A stretch of 64,000 nt of DNA, taken from contig NC_043002.1 of assembly GCF_006345805.1 (NCBI RefSeq), forward strand, positions 117,924,001 through 117,988,000, in the 5' to 3' direction. This DNA is from Octopus sinensis. Its lineage: Eukaryota. The notes under the pieces were generated by a model, which searched no databases, had not been told where the DNA came from, and was given only the letters and a program-made list of their open reading frames with translations. Below are positions 10,380 through 25,000 of this stretch, one piece after another. The position numbers were made by a program, and so were the translations under genes. Position 1 is the first letter of the stretch; every line of letters begins with the position of its first letter.

Positions 10380-12215
10380 TCTGGTTATTGGTCAAAATAT
10401 TTCGACAATCTAGTAGACAGCTTGTAGTGGTAAGAATGGCTGTTGAGCAGGGTGCATCCTCTGGCAGTTCCAAAAAGACTTGCAAAAGTGGACATGTTGT
10501 TGGTATGCTGGAAGCCAGCTAAAATAGTGTGTAAAGACGAGTTTCAATCCCTCATGAATCAAAGGAAAAGGTAAATAGTGCAGAAGCAAGATGTGGCATA
10601 GGTTTGAGAGCAGAAGGTGGATGGTATGAAAACCATATTTAGCGATATCCTAACACTGGGATGCTACACATTTGACTCCCAGGAAGTGCCATGCTCAAGT
10701 TCACTGATATCTATTTTCTTACATGTAAGAGGAAGTGTAGGAATTCTAACGTCAGGAAAAGCTGATGACAAGAAACATTGTAAAATTTGGGTTCAGAAAG
10801 AGAAATGATAAGAAAATGTTTAGTCACCAAGCCAAAGTAAAGACTTTACATTGGCAACAGCCCAATTCAGGAAAAGAGATGGACTTGCGTAACTTTAAAT
10901 GCTTAGCATTGAAATGGGATTATGTGGTCAAGAAATGAGGCACATTGCAGGACATCCTGGTTACAATGCCATTTAATAGCAATGACCAGTGCTTGCTAAG
11001 GTGAAGATCAAAATTGACAAATATAGATAAAATTTACTGCACATTTTGATGAATCAGTACATCAGTCTTCAATGTGGTGCAGTTTAAAGAAGAGCTACGC
11101 AGCCAGTAGAATGGAAAGCTGCATGTAGCATGTAAGAAGTAAACCTGCAGGAACCAAATGGAAGGCCTCTTGAGCAAACAAGAAAAATACTAGCAGAATG
11201 GAAGACTACGAAAAGGAACAGGAAAGATCACCTTTAGTTTTCCACTGCATGGTGAAATGACATTTGAAAAGAGACTTTGAGGACTACAGAAGAGAGGAAA
11301 ATGGATGCAGGAGAGAGATGTTGCTATATAAATTTGAGACAATCATACTCGAGAATGACCGATAAAGAGTGATGAAGAGGTTTGTGAAACCATTTATCAA
11401 ATGCTCAATTCACTGTAAGAAGTACCATCCATTTTGGCCAGTGAAATAGAGAATGCTTTCAAGCTGATGAGAGACAAAGCCCCCAAGAAAAGATGGTATA
11501 ACAATGGAAATATCAAGTGGGAGAGAGCAGCTGTGGAAAACCCTCATTCCATATTACTATTGTAGAGTAGAATACTATCTTGATCTGAGAAACTATTGCC
11601 CCATATGCCTCTTGTGTCATCACATTTGAAATAGTAACATCAACTTTTAGAACAAAGATCTATTTGCACCTTCAAACACTTGTGGAATGAAATATACATT
11701 CTTGAAAAACAACTTTTGAGTAATGATGTAGGTGTAGTATCCTGATGTAAAGCAATGCCTCAATATATTTACCCATTCTAGTATGGAATACCAAATGAAG
11801 AAATGGAGCAGTAAATGGCTTATGTGATATCATTGGCAAAACTAGTTCAGAGGTCTGACTTTATGTAGCTGTAAATGTGCCATAATTAGACTGATCAGAG
11901 AATAGGGCACCTTAACCAAAATTGATGTACACAAGAATTTCAAGTTGGAGATCCTGGTTAATAAATGTTCACCAATGACTAAGTAAGACTGAAGGTGATT
12001 AATGAAAATGATAGATCAGTAGCTGGCAGCATCGGAGAAATTGCTTTAAGATGGAGGGAAATAGGTGACATTGTCTAAATCTTTGAGAAACGGGTAATAA
12101 AATCATAGATGGAAGAGTTAAGCAAAACAGGAGTGCACAGCTTATGGGTAATGCAAGACAACTATTGGGTTGGTGTAATCCTATTGCATACCTGACTACA
12201 ATTCCAGTGAGATAT
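10380..12215 (+). mobile_element. Highly degenerate LINE remnant, probably RTE clade
   Basis: Purine-rich strand with fragmentary APE/RT-like translations and many stops; truncated at the TTAA element starting at 12225. Boundaries approximate. Confidence 0.4.
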
Positions 12216-12224
12216 GTATCTTAA

Positions 12225-13005
12225 CCCATTCATTACCAAACCGCCCGAAAAAAATTTTGGTTAATGTGACCAAGCCGCCCGAATTTACCTATTCATATTT
12301 AAATGAGATTATGCTTTGTAAACAGTTCATCGACAGTTTTGTACTAAGATCGACGTGTAATTTTAATTCCCTGAATTTTGGGAGATTTTTTTCGGCATCG
12401 ATTTTTCTTCAACTTTGAAAATGGATAGGAGTTTCATGTTATAAAGCATTGATTCCGAATTGGAAAATTTGTGAAGCAAATACTGGGTACTGTTGTGGAT
12501 TTAGTTTTTATACAGGGAAAATAATGTTAGTCAGCGTGGTCTGGAATTTATCACTTCCATACCATAACCAGGGCCGTATATCATTTTTCGACCGATTTCT
12601 TTAGTTCAGTGAAACTTACGGTGGATTCCAGTATTTCACTTTATTCCACCTTTATGGTACACCTGTTGTGCATTAAATTCAACTGACGATATAGCGATGT
12701 GCACAATTCTTCTTTATCAAAATTTTGTTGCATATGAATATTAGCTGATGATTCATTTTCTATGGTGATGTTTAAACAAAATTTTTATATTTTTACCTGT
12801 AATTAAAGTCACTTTGAGACAAAAGTTATGCAATAGAATTGATTAAGAACCCTTTCTTTAATTATGTTCCAAATATCACATTAATATGTTGATAAGTAAA
12901 AAAAGTTAGTTATTTAATGAAACAAACCTAGATTCATGATTATTTTAGAATTTAATTGAAACTCATGAGGGGTGTATTTTGGTCAGAAATACAGTAACGA
13001 AAGGG
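12225..13005. mobile_element. Non-autonomous piggyBac-type DNA transposon, 781 bp
   Basis: TTAA|CCCATTCATTAC...GTAACGAAAGGG|TTAA; subterminal direct repeats ACCAA(A/G)CCGCCCGAA at 12235 and 12269; no ORF. Confidence 0.75.
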
Positions 13006-13526
13006 TTAAAGATGAGTCAGTTATCCATAAGAGGGACAACTATTTCCACTTCCTGCTTACTAGTAGTGCAATTTTAATTTTTTGGATTACTATGTTCAAG
13101 TATGGTTGTGTCCACTTTAATTCATGTAGAAAGGTGTGACATTTCAAACAACTTGATTTTTAAGATCAATCTTTATTTTATTTCTATAGCCAACTCTCAG
13201 GTATGGGGAAGGGAGGGGGTTCTATCAATAATATTCTTGGCAATTTATATCTTGTCACTGGCAGTTAACAGTGTCTATTGCTAACACTCATTGGATATGT
13301 CTAAATAACTGGAATTTTTGTAGTGCTGATTTCAAGTTCCATGGTCCAACCTATATTATTCCTTCTTATATATCCTGTAGATACACCATCCACAAGATTA
13401 ATGCATGATAATTTTGTGATGCTTTTTAGTGTTAGCTGCAAAAACAAAAAAAAGACTATTTTCCTAGTCACAGATTAAAACAATAAACAGGATAAGGAAG
13501 GAAAAAACATGAGAAGCTGTGTAAGA

Positions 13527-13532
13527 TTTATT
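13527..13532 (-). terminator. Candidate FEZ polyadenylation signal (others at 14088 and 14574)
   Basis: TTTATT on + strand = AATAAA on - strand, about 2.5 kb downstream of the FEZ stop. Confidence 0.3.
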
Positions 13533-13660
13533 GAAACAACCATAAGTTACAAGCATGCAATGTTCATCAAGAGTAGCACTGCACATGAAAATATAGACTC
13601 AACCAAAATGGATGTCACTGCAATTAATAAAAAAGCCAATTAAAAGATGATATGAATTAA

Positions 13661-13864
13661 CCCTTTTGTTACAATATTTCTTTTGAAATAAACTGCTTTT
13701 GTTTCAGTTAATTTTGAAAATATTGAAGAATTTAATAAAATAACTCATCATTAAGATGGTGTTTGGAACTTAAATAACAGGAAGGTTTTGATTTAGATCA
13801 CTTTAAAACAAAAGTTTGCATTATAGAACCATAGGCAGTCTCAGGTTGGTTGGTATCAAATGGG
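13661..13864. mobile_element. piggyBac-type MITE, 204 bp
   Basis: TTAA|CCCTTTTGTTAC...TATCAAATGGG|TTAA; similar to the 220-bp copies at 23-24 kb. Confidence 0.7.
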
Positions 13865-16052
13865 TTAAGACTTGTTTGAAAAGTAAATCCCTTTCTTATT
13901 GAATATTTTAAGCTGTCATGTTATCCATATTCTTAATTTGACTAAACTGTAAACATTACTGCCTAATACTATATGTAATTTTGACTTTAATTTTTGGTGA
14001 TTATTCTTAGAAATATAACATATATGCATATAAATTGTCTATCTTATATCCACTTTGGCCAATAAAATAACTAACAGACAGGTTACTTTTATTCAAATGC
14101 TAGAGGGTTTGATACTGAGCTGATGTCTCAAGGTTTTGTAATAGCAATGAAAGATGCCAGCTCTGCAACTAGAGTGACAATACCAAAGTGAGATTAAATT
14201 ACTTTTTAGATTTCACTGCTTATTCAAAAATTTTGTTAAATGGTCAAACTTGGTTACTGGAAAGAGAACAAGACTATGTAGGAAAAGTTCTTTCAGTCAC
14301 TGAATTAAAAGCTGGCAGGATGTTATTTACAATATAGATTAACAGTTCTCCATGTTATTAGGTCATCTTAATTTATCATAAATATATGCAAATAAATTTG
14401 CTAAAATGTAGTGAAAATATAGAATAAAAAGTTATTAGGAAAAATAAGTTATTTTCTGTTAACAAAAACTAAACGAAACAAAGCAGTTTAAAAAATCAGC
14501 TCTTTCCCTGTTAAATAAAATGTAATGTAAGCACGATTAAAAAACTAAATTGACATCCTTGGACTAGAGAGCCTTTATTTTATGCTCTGTTGTACACAGA
14601 TGGCTATTCTATGGTGAGTTTTTTGATGCATTGGTAGTTACTTGCTTTCTAATAGCAAGATAACATACCAGCTATGAGTTATACAAGGCAAGCACACTTA
14701 GGTGACTTTTTCAATGTCCTTAGATAATAAAAAAGTACAAAGAATTCAGGAAACATATAAATGATAAAGAACTGTTGTGGATAAATAATTTTTTTTCTTC
14801 CTATATAAATCTGTATATTTTGGTTGACAGGCACAGTCCTAACTTGTTCACTTAAAATATTTTGAATGTCTTTACTGGAAAAAGATGAATAGATATAGTT
14901 GTACAAAAAATATTAGTCAGACTGATGTAGTTGAGAGGAGAAGTAAGCATAAATTGCACGAAAATGATAGGGAAAATCTAAAACCATACAAAATGTATGA
15001 CATTAGAGAATAATATACAGAATGTGCCAGTCTGGCAGGTTGGAAATCCCGACAAGGCAATGCAACATGAACATATAGAAATAGCAAATGAAAAGGCCCT
15101 GAAGAAAAAGGGAGTGAGAAAAAAAATTAATGTTTTCTTTTTTTCAGAAATATAGCAACATAAAATATCGAAGATAATCTTGTAAGAAGTGAGACAACAG
15201 CAGTTAACTTATTTTAACTGTAATAAATAAATAGAATTGTTTATGCATTTCACTAATCATTACAATCAAAACTACCTTCAATTTCCCAAAATAAATTTAG
15301 GTGGGTGTTCTAACTGGAAGAAAGAATTTTCTGCTGTTTTTGATTACATAGTATACATATATGTTAAAAGAAGGGAATAAACAATTCCAAATGTTAGCAA
15401 ATTTGCTTCTGTTTATAACATCAGCAACTTTGCAGCACCTCATCCATTGAAATGCAGAGTCAATTTTAAACAAAATCCACAAATTGAAATCTAGAGTAGT
15501 GTACATTGATCAGATAAAGTCATCATCTGTGTTTATATCAACATTATATTCAATTAAAAAAAATGTAATATAGATAATAAAACAAAAGATGATGATACTG
15601 GTCTGCACAATGCATATCACTTAAGCAATAACTCATTTCAAAAATACAGGCATATAAAGTGAACTCTGCTATACAGTTATGGTAGAGATAGAAAAAAAAT
15701 ATTGCATGCTTGTTGTTCTTACTATTATCATTATTATCACCATTGTGTTTTTAAATAATCAAATTTAGTAGATTGTTCTAAACAAATCTCCCACTTCAAT
15801 TGCATATCAGGATATGAATGCCAAAATAGAAATTTGTTGCTAAATAGGCTGTAAATGTTGAGTCTGGCCAGAGAGGAGAATAGCATAAGATAGAAATCAG
15901 CAAAAATGACGACAAAGACAAAAGGAAAAGAGGTGACGCAGTTCAAACAGTTGCAGTACTAAAACAGGAGGCATTCTGAAGCTGCTGACAACAATGCACA
16001 CAGCCTTTTCTCCTTGCTGTCAAGTGGGTGATGCAGGCCAAACACAATTGCC

Positions 16053-16069
16053 CTACGTAGGGCACAGAA
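16053..16069 (-). CDS. FEZ1/FEZ2 (unc-76): FEZ last coding exon (V-L-C-P-T-stop)
   Basis: ttttcag|TT CTG TGC CCT ACG TAG; phase 1 matches the upstream exon. Confidence 0.93.
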
Positions 16070-19000
16070 CTGAAAATAGAATGAATTTTAGGTTAGAAAT
16101 TTTAAAAATTTACAAAAAGGTAGCTAAATAATATTTTATTAAAATGCCTAAATTTGTAAATGAATCAGTCCAAATAAAACTAAAATGCTTAGATCTGCCA
16201 GTAATTAAATATTGCAAATAAAATAAATACAGTCTAATTTTGAACATTTAAACAAAGTATTTTGGAGCAAATATTTTTTGACTGAATGCTATTTTATCAT
16301 GAAGTATAAAGTTGCTGCTTCCCAGAAATGAATAACATAAAATTATTAAGAGTATGAGGAATTACAAATTCACTTATTTGTAAGGTATTGTTAAGAATTT
16401 TGATTTACAACTACGTGAGTTCAATCCCACTATGCAGCACCTGTCTTCTGTTATATCTCTGGGCTGATCAAAGCTTTCTGAGTGGATTTGGTTGGCAGTG
16501 CACACTAACTGTAATCAAGTGTCATCATCATCATAAAAGTGATGTCATTTGTTTGTAACCTTGTGTAAGTAAGTCTGGTGACTATGCTGTTCATATTTGA
16601 AGGACAAGGGGAAATATTACTGTACTTGGAAATAAATTAGGTTTGGTAATGGGAAAAACATCCAGAAGTTGAACATTTGGCTCAATGTATTTCCTCTGAC
16701 TCAAGCAAACAGAGAAGTGACGCTAAAATGATGATAATGAATGTGTATCATTTAACCTAATGAATAGAAGCAAGTGAAATTAAGTTAACAATGAAGATTT
16801 TTAAGGTAAGGTCCAAAGTCTGAGCAAAGGGGTGACGATGTTAATCTATTGGAAAGTTTGAGCAGTTCAGTTACTGAGAGAAGGCGTGTTGAAGCCACAA
16901 CTGCATAGAAACTCAACAATGCAGAGTACTTAGGCTGGATGGAACGACAGGTTCAGCAACACCTAAAGAATCTATAACACTTCACTTGTTGCTTTAACTC
17001 ACCAACCACTTCACTGGAAACCTTTTTGTTCTTGGTGTGGTAACCTCAGTCCAACATACACAAGGAAAAGTAACTCATTTTATTCTTGGAACCCTTTACT
17101 TCACAGGTAATGAAATTATACCTTAACTTCCATTCTCAAACTTACCAAGAGTACTCTTCTTATCTGTTTATTTATCATCATTTTAATGTCCACTTTTCCA
17201 TGCCCTTCCTGTTGTCAAACCTCACATGTTTTCTAAGTGAAGTAATAATCCCATAATCTATTGAACTAATGAACAGTCTGAACAAAGTTCACACATGTCA
17301 AAACATGTAAAGAAGCCCATGTGCTTCCATGGTTAACTGCAAGCATACATCATCTGCATTTGACAATGAACACACATAAGACAAGGAGAAAATACAAAAT
17401 CATTCATACAAACACATTCACACACATACAACAGGCTTCAGTTTCTGTCAACCATTTTCACTCACAAGATATTGGTTGGCCAATGGCTCTGGTATAGAAT
17501 ATTAGCTAACAACTTTCATGCTGTGGAACCAAACTCCTAACTGTGAGATCCTGAAGCAAACTTCTTAACCACACTTCTTAACTGGTTTCTATTGATATTT
17601 TATCTAACCTGATTCCTGGTAATATTTTCTTCTGTTAATGTTTCAGGCTGTAGTGTCATCAATGCACCATTAAAACATGTTTTGCTTTCCTAATTTCATA
17701 TTTATTATTTTTTTCCACTTGTGTTTGTTTTTCTTTTTGCTAGCATTAGCAAAGGAAAATGATGTAATGTTTATTAAATAATTTGTGTAATTTAATTGTA
17801 CAGAATTACATAGGAAGTTGAGCAGATAAATGTTGCATGAGTAGTGAGAGGCCTAGTGATATCCAGACTAATTTAAATCATTCCAATGAATGACTGATGT
17901 GTAAAATAGATGGTTTTGATGCTGAAATGAATATTTCAATTGTATCCAATTCCTCTGCCACTACAGATAAAAATCGCATGCCGCAGAAGTGTCATTTTCT
18001 GATTCTACCTGTCATTCAAATGTGCTGGCAGTGACAACACATACCACGTCTCACACAGGCCTGAACACTGCTGCTACACCAAACCCCTCTGTAGAAGCTA
18101 CATCAACACTTCACATCCATTTTACTTTATCAGTTTGAGATGGTTAATACATCCAATCACTAGAAGGAATGACCAAGACTCATGACAAATTGCTGTGCTT
18201 GAAGAGACACGTCAAGCTAAGTAAAATTGTGGCTGTCCTTGCACATCCTCTGCATCCCTCTTCAGCTGAGTGATCTTAACTCTGTGGGCTCATGGCTACT
18301 GGTACAACGTAAAAAGCATCTGTGCCAGTGCTGCATAAATTCACCCAGTTCACACTCTGTTAAGTGGTTGGCATTAGGAAGGGCCTCGTCCAGCTGTAGA
18401 AACACTGCCAAAATAGACATGGAACCTAGGCAGCTCTCCAGTTAGCCAGCTCCTGTCAAACTGTCTAAACAATGCAGCAGGGAAAATGGATGTTAAATGA
18501 TGATGATCTGAAGAAAATTGAAAACATTGCCACTTAAGTTACAAAACCAACAAAACTTAGAAAGGTTTTATCCTAGTGATATTAGTTTTGCCAATTACTC
18601 TGAAGGTCCTAAAATGTACTATATTTCAAAAGACTGAGGTACTATTAAGATATGATTTTTCTGTTACATAGAAGACATAGAGACTTTGTTGGACCAATTA
18701 TACTGTTCTATTTATGCAGAGCAGTATTTATCATGATCTAGGTTGACTAATATGTCACAAATATGACATTTAGAAGAGCAAAAATGTATATTTTACATAT
18801 TAGAGATACTCAATGACAATTTCTTATGCTTAAAAATCAGTAGTACTACAGTGGATTAAACTACAGATGAGTTCAAAGATATTACTGGTTTCAAACTTTG
18901 GCACAAGGCCAGCAGGTTTGGGGGTGGGGTTGAGCCAATTAAATTGACCCCCAGTGCTCAACTGGTACTTAATATCAGGCATGAGCAGTAAATGTAAAAG

Positions 19001-22000
19001 GTTGACAGTAATTGGTCATGAGGCATAGACAGGGCTGTATGCAAATGGCTGATACATTCTGGGTGAGATTATAGAGTTTCGGGTGGAAAGTATTTCTGAT
19101 AGAGACTGGCCATACATTAAAATTACATGAAATAGACAATAAATGTATGAATAGATTCAACATAATAATGTAATGTAAATAAGAGGAAAGTGTGACTATG
19201 TTAGTCATGTTATTCTGTATCTATATTGTATATATGCACATTGGCATGTATGTATGTTTGTGTCTACAAAACAGTATACCTACAGATGTGTTTGTATATA
19301 TAATATAATTATATAGTATTATTTAAATCTAAATTGCATAACATATAACCAGTATTTAGAACCCCAAATACATCCTTATGTATCAAAAGAGAAAACTATA
19401 GAGAGTAGTCATATCATAGTTCAAATTTCTTTTCAATGGTCTCAGCAACTTGAAAGATCACAAAGTACATAAACAAAATGAAACTGGAGAGTTTGCTCAT
19501 AAATTATTTAGTTACATCATCTTACATGTATGTTAGTATCAATAATATCCATTATACTGGGAAAACTAATAAACAGGCTGTCATAAAATATTCAGATATT
19601 GCATAACAAACATAAATAACCTTTAGGATTTATAAAGGACATTGGGCAGTGTTACTGTATCAAAGACCATAACTGCTGTGTTAAAATAGATAAAAAAAAT
19701 TTCAATTCTAAGTGAAAAGACTAGTGAAGTTTCTTTATAATAGTAGAGAAGGGAATACATTTTACCTCCAGTGTGCCAGTGTTAATGGGCATCAATAAAT
19801 GCTGGTATCAAATTTCAAAGCTCCCAACAGGACAATAATACATTTTATATATATTTGACAGCTAACCAATAATTACCATCACGAATACTTGGGTGTGTGT
19901 TTGTATTTGTAGACACATACACGTATACATATATGTACACATATTTACATATACATAAGCACACACATGTATATACATATAGACATACATACACATATGC
20001 ACAGACACGCACACACACACACATTCACAAGTTTAGTAGGACAAACAAGAACAATAGATCTCAAAAGAAGAATCTTTATCTTTCATCCTTTACTTGTTTC
20101 AGTCACTGGATTGCATGTCATGCTGGGGCACCACCTTGAAGGGTTTAGCTGAACAAAACAACCCCAGTATTTATTTATTTTTTTAAAACCTGGTACTTAT
20201 TCTTTTGGTCTCTTTTTCCAAACTGCTAAGTTACAGGGATGTAAAGAAACCAACACTGGTTGTCAAGTGGTGGTAGAGATAAACACATACATACATAGAT
20301 ATACATAATGAGCATCTTTCAATTTCAGTCAACTAAATCCACTGACAAGGCTTTGATCAGCACAGGGCTAAGTAGAAGACACTTGTTCAAGGTGCCATGC
20401 AATAGTGCATGACATCAGATTCATCATATGGAATGGATTATAACTCTTTCTGGCGCATTCAATTAAAAGTGAAATTAGAAAGCTGTATGAAAAATGCTTG
20501 TATTTTAAATAATCTACCTGTAAACTAAACAGTTACAAAAGTAAACAAATAAATAAATAAATAAAGATTACATATTTTCCTACGAATACACACGTTCTTC
20601 ACATGACCTCCCGATTTAATTTTTAATCAAGTGTTCACGAAAAAATGATAATACTCTATATAAAGCAACAAACTCCCTGATTTGAAGACACTTTGATAAG
20701 TGGCCCTTGAGTCACTTTTGTTACTTTCTGCCAATTAAAAAAATAGAGTACATGTTTACATTTATATACACTTACATATACTATGCACACACAGAGCTGC
20801 ATATACATTCATGAACACACACATGCTTGTACAGATGTACTCAAATATATGCAAGCACACATGTATATACATATACCTATGTAGAAATGTATATAAACAC
20901 ACACACACACACACACACACACTCATACATATACAAATGTACAACTATATGTATAATTGTTTATATACTCATATACATTGATAACTATGTGGGTCCTTAT
21001 ATTTATGCTCATACAAATGTGTACATCATTGTCATTTTAATGTCCGCTTTCTACACTCGCAAGGGCTGAAGTAGATTTTCTACAGTTCGATGACCTTCCT
21101 GCTGCCAACGGTCATCTGTTTCTAAGAAGGGTAATTCCCTGTAGTTGGACATGTTTTCACAGATGAGCGAAAACAAAGGACATTACCTGTTTACAACTAT
21201 CACACAATATCAAGACAAGGAGGTACAAATCCTCACCCACCCACTTACACACACATATATCATCATCATCATCGTTTAACATCCGCTTTCCATGCTAGCA
21301 TGGGTTGGACGATTTGACTGAGGACTGGTGAACCAGATGGGTGCACCAGGCTCCAATCTGATCTAGCAGAGTGTCTACAGCTGGATGCCCTTCCTAAAGC
21401 CAACCACTCCGAGAGTGTAGTGGGTGCTTTTACATGCCACTGGCATGAGGGCCAGTCAGGCGGTACTGGCAATGGCCACGCTCCAATAGTGTTTTTTATG
21501 AGCCACCTGCACAGGAGCCAGTCCAGCGGCACTGGCAACGGCCTCGCTCAAATGTTTTTCACATGCCAGTAAGGCGATGCTGGTAACAATCATGCTCAGA
21601 TGGTGCTTTTTATGTGCCACCGGCACAGAAGCCCATTTGCTGCTCTGGCAACGATCATGCCTGGATGGTGCTCTTAGTACTCCACTAGCACGGATGCCAG
21701 TCATCGAATTTGATTTCAATTTCACTTGCCTCAACAGGTCTTCGCAAGCAGAGTTTAGTGTCCAATGAAGGAAAGGTACGCATAAGTGGGCTGGTTACAC
21801 CACTGGCATAGGTCTCACTCCTGGGTTATGGTCTCACTTGGCTTGCTGGGTCTTCTTATGCACTGCATATTTCCAAAGGTCTCAGTCACTAGTCATTGCC
21901 TTGGTGTGGCCTAATGTTTGAAGGTCATGCTTCACCACCTCATCCCAGCTCTTCCTGGGTCTACCTCTTCCACAGGTCCCCTCAAATACTAGGGCGTGGC

Positions 22001-25000
22001 ACTTTTTCACAGTTATCCTCATCCATTCTTGGCACATGACCATACCAGCGCAGTCGTCTCTCTTGCACACCACATCTGATGCTTCTTAGGTTCAACTTTT
22101 CTGTCAAGGTACTTACACTCTGTCGAGTATGCACACTAACATTACAATCCAGCGGAGCATACTGGCTTCATTCCTTGTGAGCTTACGCATGTCCTCAGCA
22201 GTCACGGCCCATGTTTCACTGCCATGTAGCATGGCTGTTTGTACACATGCATCATACAATCTACCTTTTACTCTGAGCGAGAGACCCTTTGTCACCAGCA
22301 GAGGTAAGAGCTCTCTGAACTTTGCGTAGGCTATGCTTATTCTAGCAGCTAAACTTTCAGAGCACCCTCCCCTACTACTGACTTGGTTACCTAGGTAATG
22401 GAAGCTATCAACTACTTCTAGTTTTTCTCCCTGGAATGTGGCAGAAGTTGGTCTCTGCACATTTTCAGTGTTTATTGCTCCTGAGCATCTGCCACATACA
22501 AAACTATCTTCCCAGTTGGCCTTCCTTTGATATTGCTGCACCTCTTATGTGACCATAGCTTACACTGGGTACAACACAAAAGGCTTCTTTCAGTTTTTTT
22601 CAGGCTTTGATTGGTCTAAGGCTACAGCAGAAGACACTTTCCCAAAGTGCTACTGGGGAACTGAACTGAAACCATGTGGTTAGAAGTGAACTTTTCAACT
22701 ACACAGCCATTACTACTCTTTATGCACTATAGCTATATAGTGGCTATGTAGAAAAAACAAACTTAACATTAACAACAATTAGAAGAAAATAATTAGAACA
22801 ACAATAATTTTAGTAGAATAGCATGAGCTTCTTTTTAGGTGGATGACTAGGGTGTTAATATTTGACTATAATTTTCTATTATGGTAACTAGAAGTAGATG
22901 CATGGTTTGCGATTTACCTTACTTTTTTTATTTAGTAGATGTGTTTTTGGGAAATTTCAAAATTTCTGAAAACTTTATGTATGCATGAAATTATACTTTT
23001 GCTTTTGTGATTTAGTAATTTATTACCATCTACAAGTATTTTAACCCTTTTGTTACTGTATTTATTTTGAGATGCTCTGTGTTTCTTTCAGTTACTTTAA
23101 ATATGATAAAGAATTTAGTAAAATAACTTAGTTATCATTAAGCTGGTGTTAGGAACATAGATTGTGACTAAGGTTTGGTGGAAGATTTTAATTCAAAACT
23201 TATGGAAACAAGACATTTGTTCTCAGAGCCAGAGCCGGTTTCAGCCGGGTTGGTATTGAAAGGGTTAAGAGATTCAATTGTGCAAAACCTACACCCGTAT
23301 TTTGTTACCTGTACATGTTGGCACTGGAGCTATAATACTCATTGCAATACAAAAACAATACCCCTAGATTTTAAACTCCATATATATTCTGTTTGTGATG
23401 TTGGATGGCTTAATCTTTTGTTAGCAAATGTATTATAACAGCACTGAATCCTTTCGTTACCAACCCAGCTGAAACCGGCTCTGGCTCTGAGTACAAATGT
23501 CTTGCTTTCATAAGTTTTGAATTAAAATCTTCCACCAAACCTTAGTCACAATCTATGTTCCTAACACCAGCTTAATGATAACTAAGTTATTTTATTAAAT
23601 TCTTTGTTATATTTAAAATTAATTGAAAGAAACACAGAGCATCTCAAAATAAATACAGCAATGAAAGGGTTAATGGGGTTCAAAGTGGAGCTGATATATC
23701 TACTGCTAGCTTGGGTAATGATATTGCAATTGTAGATTATGTTACTTATAAAGATACTTACCTTCAAGAAGATATTGAATGGCTACTCTATAGTTACAGG
23801 TAAGTGATTACTTTTAGGAAGTCCAAGAGAACCTATTAAACTTGTATTTTCTTGCTGCTTTTTAGGCTATTTTCTTCTTACTTCATTGCTTTTAGCAGAA
23901 ACCACTGGAGTTTGGCATAATCTTTTAGCTTGCCAGCTCCAATCAAATCATCAAAACCATGCCAACATAGAAAATGGATGTTAAATGATAATAATGATGA
24001 TAAATACTATTATGCACATAGTATTATATTTGTCATTGCTATTAAAAGTAGGAAATCCCGTGACATGTAGGAGTTCTGTCTAAGTATTCTAAATGTTTGG
24101 GTTTATATAAGTTTATATCATTCTAGCCCTTGTTTTTTGAATGGTTAGCATGACTTAGTCTCAAGTTACTATATGTTGAGGATTTCTGGGGTTATGTCAT
24201 CATTTCAACTTTTATTCCTGGAGTCACTTGTCATAGATTGAGCAGTAGTTAACCCTTTCATTACTGTATTTATTTTGAGATGCTCTCTGTTTCTTTCAAT
24301 TACTTTAAATATAACAAAGAATTCAGTAAAATAACTTAGTTATGATTCAGCTAGTGTTGGGAATATAAATTGTGACTAAGGTTTGGTGGAAGACTTTAAT
24401 TCAAAACTTATGAAAGCAAGACATTTTTACTCAGAGCCAGAGCTGGTTTCAGCCAGGTTGGTAACAAAAGGGTTAATGAAATGCATTTTAGATGACATTA
24501 CAATATAACTTATGAACAAGCTTTCTAGATATGTTCATCTGCCTGTATCATACTAACCTTTCAAGATGTAGTCAGTCAACAATGTTGGTACTTGGCTACT
24601 GTCTTCATTGATTGCCTGCAAAACTAAAAATAGATGCAAGAAACAAGTTATTAAATAATTAAATATCAAAGAAAAAACAATCCACACACATATTTTTATT
24701 GCCAACACTTATTTTTCAAGGCAAGTCTGTCAATACTTTTATTTAGATAAAATAAAACTTGTAGGTCATGATATAGTATTATAATCAATTGAAACACATA
24801 TACACCATTATATTCACTTTTATTTTGTTATGATATTATCATCTAGTATAATGCTTCTTCAGTTTTGTTCCTGACTTCAGCATCATGGCTTGGCAACGTC
24901 TCTGGTCCAGGGAGGTCAGTAGTAGCTGAAGGGAGAGATGAATCTATGTCTATATGTGTGCTTGTGTCTTCTATGGTGAACTGTAAGGTCATTGCAAGAA

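Noticed and set aside
10762-10782. CTGATGA-CAA-GAAAC-ATT-GTA, a minimal hammerhead-like string
   Set aside because: No stem II and no stem I pairing; it lies inside a decayed LINE.
23762-23832. Possible cryptic FEZ exon with perfect donor GAAG|GTAAGT between MITE copies 2 and 3
   Set aside because: The available acceptors lack a pyrimidine tract, the product has no FEZ similarity, and it has in-frame stops.
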